A stretch of DNA of 64,000 nucleotides, taken from assembly GCA_016188045.1 (NCBI GenBank), contig JACPIM010000006.1, positions 26,137-90,136 of the forward strand. Direction: 5' to 3'. The notes below the pieces were generated by a model. The model did not search any database, was not told the DNA's origin, and was given only the letters and a program-made list of their open reading frames with translations. Numbering within the stretch: the first letter of the stretch is position 1; every line of letters starts with the position of its first letter. The translations under genes were made by a program, and so were the position numbers. Of this stretch, positions 9,513-21,878 are shown piece after piece. The stretch is from Candidatus Woesearchaeota archaeon. GTDB lineage: Archaea > Nanobdellota > Nanobdellia > SCGC-AAA011-G17 > JACPIM01.

Positions 9513-10287
9513 AGAAAGGCCAAGCAAAGAGGAGTTGGAGAGATTGTATTGGGAGGAAGGAATGAGTCAAAGAAAGGTAGCTAAAAAATATAGAATGTCA
9601 GATAATACTTTAATTTGTTTAATGAATAAATTAAATATAAAAAGGAGAAAAACAGGAGGCAGTCCAGAAAGGAGTCCCTGGCCAAATTTTGAAAGTTGGA
9701 AAGCTTATGGAGTAGAAAGAGGTTACGAATTAAGTAATCCCGAAAATGTAAAAAAAGGAAATAAAGAAGAAAGGTCTTGGTATAATAAAGGAAGCAAAAA
9801 AAGATGGATATTAAAGTTTGATTTCAATAGAATGAGATTAGATGGAAAATGGGAAGAATTTCAAGAGTGGGAAAGATATGGCTTAGAGAGGGAATTTAAT
9901 AAAAGAAATCTTAACAGTTTAAGAAATAGTGAAAATGCTGAAGAAAGATCTTGGTATTGTAAAGGAAACAAAAAGAAATGGTTCCCCAAATTTGAATTTG
10001 CTGGGTTGAAAAGAAAAAAAAGATCTGTTAAAAGCGGCCAATGGAAAGATTTACAATTTGCATTACAACAAGCTAAATTATTTCTAGAAAAACACCCAGA
10101 ATATGAAGAATTACCTAGAGCTCGAATTATGTATCGGCTCGGTGTTTTTACCCTCGGACATGCAATCTATACATATCACGGTGGTTTCCCTGTTTTTCGG
10201 CAATTATTAAATGAGTATATGGGAAGAACATCTGTTATTGATCAACCTTCATTATTAGAGCAATATATTGGAGGAGAAAATGACTGA
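9505..10287 (+). CDS. HTH protein with two Trp-rich repeats and a YHGGFPVFR domain
   Basis: EELERLYWEEGMSQRKVAKKY; two W..YG.ER..EERSWY.KG.KK.W repeats; paralog of 11046..11633. Confidence 0.8.
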   Translation: MVKERPSKEELERLYWEEGMSQRKVAKKYRMSDNTLICLMNKLNIKRRKTGGSPERSPWPNFESWKAYGVERGYELSNPENVKKGNKEERSWYNKGSKKRWILKFDFNRMRLDGKWEEFQEWERYGLEREFNKRNLNSLRNSENAEERSWYCKGNKKKWFPKFEFAGLKRKKRSVKSGQWKDLQFALQQAKLFLEKHPEYEELPRARIMYRLGVFTLGHAIYTYHGGFPVFRQLLNEYMGRTSVIDQPSLLEQYIGGEND

Positions 10288-11053
10288 TTTTCTGCCTATA
10301 GGAACATTCTATGCAAATCTTTCTGGAGCACAGAGAAGAGCGATATTATATGCTATTGAAAAAGGTCTTGAATTAAGGAATTCTTGTCCTTGGATTGCAG
10401 ACGAGTTTAGGCAAGGAAAATCAATATCCGCTCTTGCACAAGATGAAAGAATAAAAAAAAGTTTTAATGGAAGCATAAAAACTTTGTATAGGGCATTAAG
10501 CCTTGCTTTAGGTGGTTATAATAGGGAAGTTTCTTTTTCTGAAATCCAACAATATTCTGGCTTAATTCCAAATGAAGAATATCTATCTTTAATACAAGAG
10601 CATAATAAACAATCAACCAATGAATGGAATAAACAAATGCAGGAAAGAGGCATAGGACTCGCTGCAATGACGCGCAAACAAAGACAAGAGATTGGTAGAA
10701 GAAGTGGATTGAAACAATTGGAGAATAAGATTGGAATTCATGCGCAAACACTAGAAGAAAGAAAACTCATAATAAAAAAAGCATTAGTTGCTCAAGGCAA
10801 GACTCCTTGGGAAAATGACGAGATGAAACATTGTTATGAATTATCTTTACAAGAAAGATTTAGAAAAAGTTCAAGAGTTAACTGGGAAGATATCGCGGTA
10901 TCTGTTAATCAAAAATATCATGCAGGAAAAAGCCTAAGAGATAACAGAGCAGTTGCAAAGGCAGCAAAAAAATGGGAAGAAAGAAATATGCCTAAGCAAG
11001 AAAGAGAGAATTCTTCTCTTTTAGAGCAGTATATTGGAGAGGAAGATGGGTAA
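10280..11053 (+). CDS. hypothetical protein, probably nucleic-acid binding
   Basis: ATG after GGAGGAG, overlapping the upstream gene end; ends SLLEQYIGEEDG. Confidence 0.75.
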   Translation: MTDFLPIGTFYANLSGAQRRAILYAIEKGLELRNSCPWIADEFRQGKSISALAQDERIKKSFNGSIKTLYRALSLALGGYNREVSFSEIQQYSGLIPNEEYLSLIQEHNKQSTNEWNKQMQERGIGLAAMTRKQRQEIGRRSGLKQLENKIGIHAQTLEERKLIIKKALVAQGKTPWENDEMKHCYELSLQERFRKSSRVNWEDIAVSVNQKYHAGKSLRDNRAVAKAAKKWEERNMPKQERENSSLLEQYIGEEDG

Positions 11054-11633
11054 AGAAAGACCGAACAGGGAGGAACTAGAAAGATTGTATACAGGTGAAA
11101 AGTTATCTGCTATTCAAATAGCAAAAGGATACGGAGTTAATTTCGCTAGAGTTTATAAATGGATGAAAGGTTATGAAATAAAAAGAAGAACTAAAAGTGA
11201 AGCAGTTAAATTGTATAATTGTAAAAGAATACCTGGAAAAAATGAATTGAAAAAATTAAAAAATATTCCCATAAAAGAAATTGCGATAAAATATGGGATT
11301 AATCAAACAACTGCCAGAAGTTGGTTAGATAGATATGATATAAAAAGGAAGAAGCATAAAAAAAATGTTAAACGAGGTTCATGGCAAAGTTTAGAATTTA
11401 CCTTAGAACAAGCAAAATTATTTTTAGAAAAGCATTCTGAATATGAAGAATTGCCAAGTGCAAAAATACTTTCAAAAAAAGGATATATAACTCTTGGAAC
11501 AATAATAGTTAGGTATCACGGCGGCTTTCCTGTCTTTAGACAAAAGTTAGAAGCATACATGCGAGGCGAGCCAATTCCTGAAAACCCAACAGATCAACCT
11601 TCATTATTAGAGCAATACATTGAAGATAGTTAA
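11046..11633 (+). CDS. double-HTH protein with a YHGGFPVFR domain
   Basis: paralog of 9505..10287; ends DQPSLLEQYIEDS. Confidence 0.8.
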   Translation: MGKERPNREELERLYTGEKLSAIQIAKGYGVNFARVYKWMKGYEIKRRTKSEAVKLYNCKRIPGKNELKKLKNIPIKEIAIKYGINQTTARSWLDRYDIKRKKHKKNVKRGSWQSLEFTLEQAKLFLEKHSEYEELPSAKILSKKGYITLGTIIVRYHGGFPVFRQKLEAYMRGEPIPENPTDQPSLLEQYIEDS

Positions 11634-11651
11634 CCATTTTTCACAACCCTA
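11630..11651 (-). repeat. short copy of the gyrA 3' end
   Basis: reads RVVKNG* vs gyrA RVMKNG*. Confidence 0.65.
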
Positions 11652-11996
11652 TTTCAACTTTATTATTTTTTTAACTAACATATCTTGATAAATTTTGAAT
11701 GCCTTACGATTTTCTTTCTTGTAAATATAAGGTGTTCCGATATCTTCTTTACATTTAGGGCAACTTAATGTTGGAATTGTTTTCAAAGGTTTAGTTTCAA
11801 GATTAGTCAGATTCTTTGGATAAAAAATTCTATCAAAATAAAGTCTCCGTAAATTGCCAGGACCATCTTTTTGGTAAACAAGAATCTTTTTACCACAAAC
11901 CCTACAAAATAGATCCATCAATCTTGAATACGTTCCCCTTACAGTTTTATATTTATCTTTTTTGAATTCAAAGCCCACATTATAATAAAATAACAA
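11649..11996 (-). CDS. zinc-binding hypothetical protein
   Basis: CRVC..YQKDGPGNLRRLY..CPKC. Confidence 0.75.
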   Translation of the reverse strand: MLFYYNVGFEFKKDKYKTVRGTYSRLMDLFCRVCGKKILVYQKDGPGNLRRLYFDRIFYPKNLTNLETKPLKTIPTLSCPKCKEDIGTPYIYKKENRKAFKIYQDMLVKKIIKLK

Positions 11997-12047
11997 AAGT
12001 ATTTATTAATGTTTTGATTAAACACCATAATAATATCCCAAAAATTA

Positions 12048-12109
12048 TCAGCTATTCTTCACAACCCTAGAAACACTAGCAACTTTATCGTTTTCTTTTA
12101 ATCTTATTA
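12048..12109 (-). repeat. diverged copy of the gyrA 3' end
   Basis: IRLKENDKVASVSRVVKNS* vs gyr[20 protein letters not shown] (13499-13560). Confidence 0.9.
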
Positions 12110-12131
12110 AATTATTCAATAATTATTTAAA

Positions 12132-12190
12132 GTTATGTACATTAACATGGCCATAAAGTTTATAAATAAGTACATACCGATGTACATAAC
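12132..12190 (+). promoter_or_regulatory. promoter flanked by an 11-bp inverted repeat
   Basis: GTTATGTACAT(12132-42)..TTTATAAA..ATGTACATAAC(12180-90). Confidence 0.55.
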
Positions 12191-13447
12191 ATGGAAAAAG
12201 CCAAATTAGAAGAATTTAATCATTGGTGGACAACCAGTAAAGTAGACGAAGAGTTAGCCTTGCCATTCAAAAGAAGTATATATTCAGAAATAGAAGGGCA
12301 CATCAATAAAAGGTTCATATTAGCTTTAGTTGGATTAAGGAGAGTTGGAAAAACAACAATAATATATCAAATTATAAAACAGTTACTAGAAAAAAACGTC
12401 GATAAGACAAATATTTTATTTTTTTCATTTGATGAAGTTTCAGCTGAATTAAGTGAAGTCCTAGAAACGTTCAAAGAAGTCCATAACAAAGACTTCAGAA
12501 AAGAGAAAATCTATGTTTTTCTTGATGAAATTCAGAAATGTAATAATTGGGAAAACGAACTAAAAAAATATTATGATCTTTATCCCAAACTAAAATTTAT
12601 AATAAGCGGCTCAGAATCTCTTTTCATAAGAAAAAAAACTAAAGAAACTCTGGCAGGAAGAATTTTTGAATTTGCTCTAAATCCATTCGCTTTTAGAGAA
12701 TATCTTAGATTTAATGAAATTAGTGAAGATGAATTTAAATATGAAACAAAAATAAAACCACTTTTTATTAAATTTGCAGAGAAAGGCGGTTTCCCAGAAA
12801 CATTTTCTTTTGAAACCGACAAGGAGTTTAAGGAATATATTAGGTCTCTAGTAGTTGATAAAATAATTTATAAGGATATTCCGAGAATATTTAAATTAGA
12901 AGACCCAGACTTCTTAAGGGTTCTTCTAGAATTAATTGCTACAAATCCAGGAATGTACATCGATTACCAATCCCTAAGTAAGCAATTTGAGAAAGATAGA
13001 AGAGTAATAAAAAGTTATATCACTTATCTTAAAGAAAGTTTTTTGATAACACTGTTAGGTAATTATAGGAAAGGGAGCATAATAACTTTAAGAAAGAAAA
13101 AAAGAGCCTATCCTGCAGATAATGCTTTGATATATCTATACAAACCAACCATTGATGAAGATTTTTTTGGAAAAATGGTTGAAGTTTTAGTAGTAAATAA
13201 ACTTAAAGCTTCATCTTTCTGGAAAAATAGTGGAGAGATAGACATAGTTCATGAAGATATCCCAATAGAAATAAAATATCAAGAAAAGATAAACTCAGAA
13301 GATTTTAAGCCAATAAAGGAATTTATGAAGAAATTTAATAAAAAAGAGGGTATAATGATAACTAAAAATGAAGAAAGAGAAATAAAGTTTGAAAAAGGCA
13401 TAATAAAGTTAATTCCTGTTTGGAAATGGCTTCTTGAAGAAAAATGA
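12191..13447 (+). CDS. AAA+ ATPase (AAA_14 / DUF4143 type)
   Basis: GLRRVGKT, FLDEIQ, SGS, LAGR, GGFP, C-terminal EID..PIEIK. Confidence 0.9.
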   Translation: MEKAKLEEFNHWWTTSKVDEELALPFKRSIYSEIEGHINKRFILALVGLRRVGKTTIIYQIIKQLLEKNVDKTNILFFSFDEVSAELSEVLETFKEVHNKDFRKEKIYVFLDEIQKCNNWENELKKYYDLYPKLKFIISGSESLFIRKKTKETLAGRIFEFALNPFAFREYLRFNEISEDEFKYETKIKPLFIKFAEKGGFPETFSFETDKEFKEYIRSLVVDKIIYKDIPRIFKLEDPDFLRVLLELIATNPGMYIDYQSLSKQFEKDRRVIKSYITYLKESFLITLLGNYRKGSIITLRKKKRAYPADNALIYLYKPTIDEDFFGKMVEVLVVNKLKASSFWKNSGEIDIVHEDIPIEIKYQEKINSEDFKPIKEFMKKFNKKEGIMITKNEEREIKFEKGIIKLIPVWKWLLEEK

Positions 13448-13498
13448 ATTTGGAAAGTATATTATTTTTGATATATTTTGTGTAAATGAACCACTTCC

Positions 13499-16400
13499 TC
13501 AACCGTTTTTCATAACCCTAGAAACACTAGCAATTTTATCCCCTTCTTTTAATCTCATTATTATAACACCCTGGCTGTTTCTCCCAACTTTAGATATATT
13601 ATTTACCTCAGTTCTTATTATCTGTCCTTTAACAGTTATACACATTATTTCATCGTAATCTTTCACAGTTTTAATTCCAACAACTTTTCCATTTTTCTCA
13701 GTTACATTAATATTCTTAACCCCAGAACCACCTCTTTTAATTAATCTATATTCACCCATACTAGTTCTTTTACCATATCCATTCTCAGTAACAGTTAGCA
13801 AATCTCCATCTTCTAAAGCAACCTCCATTCCAATAACCCCATCATCTCTTAATCTAATTCCTCTTACCCCAGTTGCATTTCTTCCCATTACTCTAACATC
13901 TTCCTCATTAAACTTGACAGCTTGCCCGTTTTTAGTTCCAATTATAAAATTTAGATACCCAGGAGTTAATCTAACTTGAACTACTTCATCATTATCATTA
14001 AGATTAATTGCATTTATCCCGCCTTTTCTAGGATTGCTATACTCTGAAAGCAAACTTTTTTTCAAAATTCCTTTTTTAGTAACAAAAATTAAAGAGTGTT
14101 TGTCATCAAATTCTTTTATAGGCAAGACAGCACTTACTTTTTCATTTTCTCCTAAATGCAATAGATTAATCAAAGCCCCGCCTTTTGCATATCTTGAAGC
14201 TTCAGGAATTTCGTAAGCCTTTAGCCAATGAACTCTCCCTTTATTAGTAAAAAACAACAATTGACTTAGATTGCTTGTAATAAATAATTCTTGAACCACA
14301 TCTTCTTCTTTAGTCGTAGTAGCTCTAATACCAGTTCCGCCTCTTCCTTGGCTTCTATAAAGTTCTAAAGAAGTTTGTTTTGCATATCCAGAAGAAGTAA
14401 TAGTCACAACAATATCTTCTTCATTTATCAAATCCTCATTAGTTACAACTTCCTCAATTTGATTTGATATTAATGTTTTTCTTTCATCTCCATATTCATT
14501 CTTGATTTCACTTAATTCGCTTTTTATTATTCCGAATATTTTTCCAATATCAGCTAAAATATTTTTCAATTCTTCTATCAGTATTAACAAATGTTCATAT
14601 TCTTCTTGTATTTTTCTGGTTTCTAAGGAAGTCAATCTTTGTAATCTCATCTCCAAAATAGCATTAGCCTGTATTTCTGTTAGCTCAAATCTCTGAACTA
14701 ATCCCATTCTCGCAACATCAACACTTTCGCTTCTTTTTATTAATTGAACAACAGGATCAATATTACTTAGTGCGATTCTTAAACCTTGCAATATATGTGC
14801 TCTTTTTTCAGCTTTATCTAATTCAAATTTGGTTCTTCTGATAACAACCGTTTTTCTATGAACAATAAATTCCTTAATTAATCCCTTTAAGTCTAAAACT
14901 TTAGGTTCATTGTTTACTAAAGCCAAATTAATAACACCAAACGTAGTTTGTAAAGAACTGAGTTTATACAGTTGGCTTAATATCAATTCACCATCAAAAT
15001 TTTTCTTTAATTCAATTACAATCCTCATTCCCTTTCTGTCGCTTTCATCTCTTATATCTGAAATACCTTCAATTCTTTTATCATGAACTAACTGAGCTAT
15101 TCCCTCAATCAATAATGATTTATTTACCATATAAGGAATTTCTGTTATGATTATCTTATCTTCCATAACTTCTGCCTTGGCTCTTACAGTTAGTTTTCCC
15201 CTTCCGCTTTCATAAGCGCTTTTAATTCCATTTTCTCCTAAAATAATACCGCCAGTAGGAAAATCAGGTCCTTTAATGAATTTCATTAACTCTAAACTAT
15301 TGCATTCAGGATGATCTATTGCAAAAATAATAGCATCACAAACTTCTCTGATATTATGCGGTGGAATATTAGTAGCCATTCCAACAGCAATACCACTAGA
15401 TCCGTTAATTAATAAATTTGGTAATTTACTTGGTAATACGGTTGGTTCTTTTTCACTATTGTCAAAATTATTCACCAAATCAACTGTATCTTTATCAATA
15501 TCAATTAAGATTTCTTCAGCCATTTTGCTTAATTTGGCCTCTGTGTATCTGTATGCAGCAGCAGCGTCTCCATCTACGGAATTATGTACAAAAACACCGC
15601 AATCTAAAAGAAAATTATGATTTTCATTAACTGTGATATCATACACATCTTCTATGTAATCTAAAAATTTAATGCTTACAACATAGTGATTGTATTCTTT
15701 AGCCAATACAACCATTTCATTAATATTTTTAAAGTATCTTATGACATTGTTAAATCTTGGAAAACAATTATTTGTTCTAAATTTATTATAATTTTCTTCG
15801 TTTATATTATCTTCACCAAGAGTAGTAATTAGCCTGTTAACATAATACAGTATTTTGTTCTTTATTATACTTTTTTTATAATTATCATTTTTCCAGTTCA
15901 TCTTATGGGCCATAGCGGCTTTTTGTGCAATATCTTTCATAAAATTTGGTTTATTTTTTAATCTTAACAAATTACTCTTTCTAATGCCGCCTATAACTTT
16001 TTTCCTGAAATTTTCATTGGCCCACAATTTCTTCATTTTTTCGATTTGTAGTTTTTTATACTCTTCATTTTGCCAAGCCTTTTTAGCCATTTCACTTAAA
16101 TGATTATGATTTTCATTAATGAACTTCAATCTGTAATCATTTTCTTTCCAAAGTTTTTTGCTTCTTTCAGAAATCAATTTACGTGCTTCTGAATTATTTC
16201 TATAGAACTCTTTAATGCTCTGTGCTCTTTTTTGTATGACTTCAGGATGTTCTAAAATATTTTTTTTTTGTTTTTCAGATATCTTATTTTTTATTTCTGG
16301 TTTATTTAGTGCCCTTTTGATGCTTTTAATTATAGAATCTCTTTTTTTCTTATCACTCCACATTTTTTTAGAAAATTCTGACATGCATTTTCTTCTTTCA

Positions 16401-17500
16401 GGATGTTTATTATAATTTTCTTTAATTTTATCTGAAAGTTTATGCCTTAATTCTGGATTTTTCCAAAGTTCTTTTCTTTTTTGAGAAGATTTTTTTATAA
16501 AGTTAAGATCTTTGTTTCTTTCAATAAGCCTTTTTCTTAATTTTTCTATATGTTCCGGGTTATTTTTATAGAAGTTTTTAACACCTGCCCTTTGTTTTAA
16601 TCTAAAACCCAAACCCTTCCAATTTTCTTTTATTTGAGTGTTGTGAATTTTTGTATGATCATTCCAACTTAGTCTCTTTAAATTATCTGGACTATTATCG
16701 AGCTTATTAAAATTAACATGGTGTTTTACAGGCCCATCGTTTATAGAATAAAGGCCCCTTTCTAAATTATAGGCATCAGCAATTTCATGGACAAAAAAAT
16801 ATCTATCTTCTTTGTTATCCTTTATCATCAAATAATCTTTTAATTCAGTATTGCCCCTTATCGGACTAAGTTTAAAGTAACCTGGCATTAAACTATCATC
16901 TGGGGTTAAATATCTCGCTTCTTTATATTTTAAATTTTTTAATAAAAATCTGTGATCTGGTGTACATCTTATTATCTCGCCGCCATCTAATGTTATCTCA
17001 ACTATTTCTGAATCTTTCTTTGTTAATCTTGGATTCTTAGCTTCCCCAACTACAATTTTACCATCTTTATTAATAGAATAAACATAAAATATTTCATCTT
17101 TTTTATAAAGTTCACAAAGTTCTTTAAAACTTTTAGAAGTTCCATCTAATAATTTAATTTTTGTATCCCCTGTAAAACAACCAAAATTTCCCTGTCCTTT
17201 AACTAAAGGATATCTTAATGAAAAATTCTGAGCCATTCTGACTAAAGCATCATAAACAGACATATCGCCGTGGGGATGAAATTTTGCTAGAACAGTCCCA
17301 ACGACATTTGCACTTTTCTTAAATGCTTTATTATAATCTAAACCTAATTGTTTCATAGCATAAAGAACTCTCCTATGAACTGGTTTTAATCCATCTCTGA
17401 CATCAGGAATAGCTCTTGCTACAATAACACTCATAGCATAGTCCATATAGGACTGCTTCATCTCATCTTCAATTAGTCTTTCTTGAATTTCTTCTGGCAT
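13499..17500 (-). CDS. gyrA: DNA gyrase subunit A with intein
   Basis: [37 protein letters not shown], GyrA-box-like QGRGGTG, pinwheel repeats. Confidence 0.97.
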   Translation of the reverse strand: MPEEIQERLIEDEMKQSYMDYAMSVIVARAIPDVRDGLKPVHRRVLYAMKQLGLDYNKAFKKSANVVGTVLAKFHPHGDMSVYDALVRMAQNFSLRYPLVKGQGNFGCFTGDTKIKLLDGTSKSFKELCELYKKDEIFYVYSINKDGKIVVGEAKNPRLTKKDSEIVEITLDGGEIIRCTPDHRFLLKNLKYKEARYLTPDDSLMPGYFKLSPIRGNTELKDYLMIKDNKEDRYFFVHEIADAYNLERGLYSINDGPVKHHVNFNKLDNSPDNLKRLSWNDHTKIHNTQIKENWKGLGFRLKQRAGVKNFYKNNPEHIEKLRKRLIERNKDLNFIKKSSQKRKELWKNPELRHKLSDKIKENYNKHPERRKCMSEFSKKMWSDKKKRDSIIKSIKRALNKPEIKNKISEKQKKNILEHPEVIQKRAQSIKEFYRNNSEARKLISERSKKLWKENDYRLKFINENHNHLSEMAKKAWQNEEYKKLQIEKMKKLWANENFRKKVIGGIRKSNLLRLKNKPNFMKDIAQKAAMAHKMNWKNDNYKKSIIKNKILYYVNRLITTLGEDNINEENYNKFRTNNCFPRFNNVIRYFKNINEMVVLAKEYNHYVVSIKFLDYIEDVYDITVNENHNFLLDCGVFVHNSVDGDAAAAYRYTEAKLSKMAEEILIDIDKDTVDLVNNFDNSEKEPTVLPSKLPNLLINGSSGIAVGMATNIPPHNIREVCDAIIFAIDHPECNSLELMKFIKGPDFPTGGIILGENGIKSAYESGRGKLTVRAKAEVMEDKIIITEIPYMVNKSLLIEGIAQLVHDKRIEGISDIRDESDRKGMRIVIELKKNFDGELILSQLYKLSSLQTTFGVINLALVNNEPKVLDLKGLIKEFIVHRKTVVIRRTKFELDKAEKRAHILQGLRIALSNIDPVVQLIKRSESVDVARMGLVQRFELTEIQANAILEMRLQRLTSLETRKIQEEYEHLLILIEELKNILADIGKIFGIIKSELSEIKNEYGDERKTLISNQIEEVVTNEDLINEEDIVVTITSSGYAKQTSLELYRSQGRGGTGIRATTTKEEDVVQELFITSNLSQLLFFTNKGRVHWLKAYEIPEASRYAKGGALINLLHLGENEKVSAVLPIKEFDDKHSLIFVTKKGILKKSLLSEYSNPRKGGINAINLNDNDEVVQVRLTPGYLNFIIGTKNGQAVKFNEEDVRVMGRNATGVRGIRLRDDGVIGMEVALEDGDLLTVTENGYGKRTSMGEYRLIKRGGSGVKNINVTEKNGKVVGIKTVKDYDEIMCITVKGQIIRTEVNNISKVGRNSQGVIIMRLKEGDKIASVSRVMKNG
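15581..17179 (-). mobile_element. intein (533 aa) with HNH motif and basic helical repeats
   Basis: GNFG|[33 protein letters not shown]|S. Confidence 0.92.
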
Positions 17501-17502
17501 TT

Positions 17503-17997
17503 CTATTTACCTACCACAACTCCCCCGATATAATCTTGATTAAAAACTTCTTCTCCATTATACAATATTCTTTCATGTCCACTAAATCTTCTGATATCGC
17601 CTAGGACTTCGTTTACATATTCCCATTTACCATATTTTAAATTATTGGGCCCCCTAAACGGCATTTGTAAAGGAACCGCACCCAAAGCTTTTTTCAAAAA
17701 ACCAAAAACTTGCTTTGCAAAAGCAACATCACCATAAAATCTATCTATCATACCACCAGAATATGCCATAGTCCAAATTGGTGTCCCATCTTTAACGCCA
17801 ATTCTAACAATCTCCATTCCGGGAGCTTGAAAAAAACCACAATAACTATCTCTGTAATAATATTCTCCTTCTTGGAATTCTAATTCATCAAATCTTGGTC
17901 TTTCTGATGCTATCTTCATTTTATTTACAGAGGCATAAGTATTTTTTTTAGCTTCTACCAAAAACTCTGCTAATTCCTCTAAATTTAATTCTCCCAT
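17503..17997 (-). CDS. DUF5680-like protein
   Basis: [25 protein letters not shown]. Confidence 0.7.
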   Translation of the reverse strand: MGELNLEELAEFLVEAKKNTYASVNKMKIASERPRFDELEFQEGEYYYRDSYCGFFQAPGMEIVRIGVKDGTPIWTMAYSGGMIDRFYGDVAFAKQVFGFLKKALGAVPLQMPFRGPNNLKYGKWEYVNEVLGDIRRFSGHERILYNGEEVFNQDYIGGVVVGK

Positions 17998-17999
17998 CT

Positions 18000-18185
18000 T
18001 TAATATTCTCTTCTACCCACAGTTTCATCATATTCAAAACCTTCCTCCCTCAAATCAAGATCATCAAATCTATCATCCCTATGTCTAAATGGATATTTTA
18101 TTATAGAAACTGGTTCATCAACTACAAATTCCCCATCACTTCTCTCAATTAATATTCCAATATTTTCATTATTTATTCTACTCAT
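18000..18185 (-). CDS. small acidic hypothetical protein
   Basis: 61 aa, GGGGGT SD, fills the gap after gyrB. Confidence 0.55.
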   Translation of the reverse strand: MSRINNENIGILIERSDGEFVVDEPVSIIKYPFRHRDDRFDDLDLREEGFEYDETVGRREY

Positions 18186-18196
18186 AATCTTACCCC

Positions 18197-20131
<1,935 letters not shown>

Positions 20132-20377
20132 TTAAGATTATATACTCTATAGAAAAATACTATTCTATATAAGTCTTTCTCAGCTTAAAACATCAAAATT
20201 TTGATAGCTCAAGCCCTATAAACGCAAAGTTCTATTCAAAAAAATAGCCTTTCTTTCGCCTTATATTAACAAAAAAACAACTTCTTAAGACTAGAAAAAG
20301 AGCGCACTAAATAATACTATTTTTATTACTGTCAGTAATAAATCACATTTATAAATACCCTCTTTCTAAGAAAATCT

Positions 20378-21142
20378 ATGGTTATTCAAGTAGCATTAAA
20401 AAATGAAGCAAATGAATCAGCATCTATATTAGATGCTTCTGTATTAGCGCCACATAATGAATATATTCAGAGATATAATCCAACATTAAGAGGATATTTA
20501 GGTAAATATGCTCAATCAAATGGAGCATTAACTGGTTCAAGTCCGCTTTTGCAAGTTAATTTACAAGATTCTGGATTGCTTCCAGGAGATGCAAGAGTTG
20601 TGACAAGAAGTGAATTAGAAACGGCAATCTCCAGAAGTACTGCTTTTTTAAGTGATACTTATACTGATTTTGGACTTGCTTTATTTACAGCAGGAGATCC
20701 ACACAAACCTAATGATTTGCCTTCTAAGGTATTAGCAGGGCAATTAAAACACAGAGGAATTAAACTCGGAAAAGGTAAATTAGTGCCTTTAACAGTTTTA
20801 AGCTTAGAAGAAAATGCAAATTCTGCTTATGGCGCGGTTTTTAGATTAAATGATAAAGCAAATAAAGATAATGTCTTAGATTTAAGAAATTTTAAATGGT
20901 ATTCTCTTAGAAGCGAAGGTATGTCCTGTGCTAGTCTCGGCAGGGACAGGCGCTGGGATGCCTACGGCAGCTACGTGGGCGATTCCGTTGACGATGGCCG
21001 GGTAGCCGTCGTAAGTGGCGAAGCCACTTCGCGAAAAATTTTAGATAATCATCTTACAAATTTTAGACAAGAAAGAGATGCAGAGATTGCAAAAATTCAA
21101 AGACAATACGCAGAGAGAGAAGCCCTATTAAGAGTAGAATGA
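20378..21142 (+). CDS. putative DGR target protein (C-type-lectin-like variable C-terminal region)
   Basis: GC-rich block of NNC/NNT codons ending S..DGRV.VV, followed by a hairpin. Confidence 0.7.
   Translation: MVIQVALKNEANESASILDASVLAPHNEYIQRYNPTLRGYLGKYAQSNGALTGSSPLLQVNLQDSGLLPGDARVVTRSELETAISRSTAFLSDTYTDFGLALFTAGDPHKPNDLPSKVLAGQLKHRGIKLGKGKLVPLTVLSLEENANSAYGAVFRLNDKANKDNVLDLRNFKWYSLRSEGMSCASLGRDRRWDAYGSYVGDSVDDGRVAVVSGEATSRKILDNHLTNFRQERDAEIAKIQRQYAEREALLRVE
20915..21029 (+). other. DGR-like variable region plus hairpin
   Basis: abrupt GC rise; AAGTGGC-GAA-GCCACTT at 21013-21029. Confidence 0.65.
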
Positions 21143-21338
21143 TTTTTAAACTATTATTTCTTTATAAAATTTCTAGCCATATTAACCTTTTAGTTATTTA
21201 ACTGTTAGTATTGCTGGGCTACATGTCAATTTATTAGAATCTAAAATAATACCTGCATTAAAAGAACAAAAAGCATTTGAATATCAAGGTGTTATTTATA
21301 TTCCAGTTGCTGCCTCAACTTTAAAACTTGTTAACTAA

Positions 21339-21878
21339 TCATCTTTTCTTTTTTCTTCTAATTTTCTTCCTTTTTATAAATAAAGTATATAAAAGTAGCA
21401 GTATAAATACTATAAAAAATAACAAAAAATAAGAATTATTACCTTTATTAGTTTTTATTTCTTCATTAACTTTAACTTCAGTTTCACATTCTTTTTCTTC
21501 AATAGGTTTACTAATACTAGTATTACATTTCTCAAAATCATGGCAATTTCTTTTTTGTTCATTATTAACACATTCTCTCCAATCCTCACAAATCCAATAC
21601 TCATTACATTTAACTATCCCATCAGTAGGTTTATTATCTATAATCTCTTCATTAGGTAATTTATTTCCACCACCAGAACCACCCCCACCTCCACTTCCAC
21701 CACCAGAACCTCCGGGAATGAAACATTCACCACAATCAAATTTGCAATTACTGCAACTTTCATTTATATTACAAATTCCATCACCACAACCAGAAACAAC
21801 AACATTAGAAGGAACATCAATAACAGAATACACAAAAACAGAGTTCAGAATAATAATCAAAAAAATTATTTTAAACAT
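21339..21878 (-). CDS. Cys-rich secreted protein with Gly linker and C-terminal membrane anchor
   Basis: signal peptide, CGDGIC..C..DC, GGGS linker, TM segment and basic tail. Confidence 0.8.
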   Translation of the reverse strand: MFKIIFLIIILNSVFVYSVIDVPSNVVVSGCGDGICNINESCSNCKFDCGECFIPGGSGGGSGGGGGSGGGNKLPNEEIIDNKPTDGIVKCNEYWICEDWRECVNNEQKRNCHDFEKCNTSISKPIEEKECETEVKVNEEIKTNKGNNSYFLLFFIVFILLLLYTLFIKRKKIRRKKKR

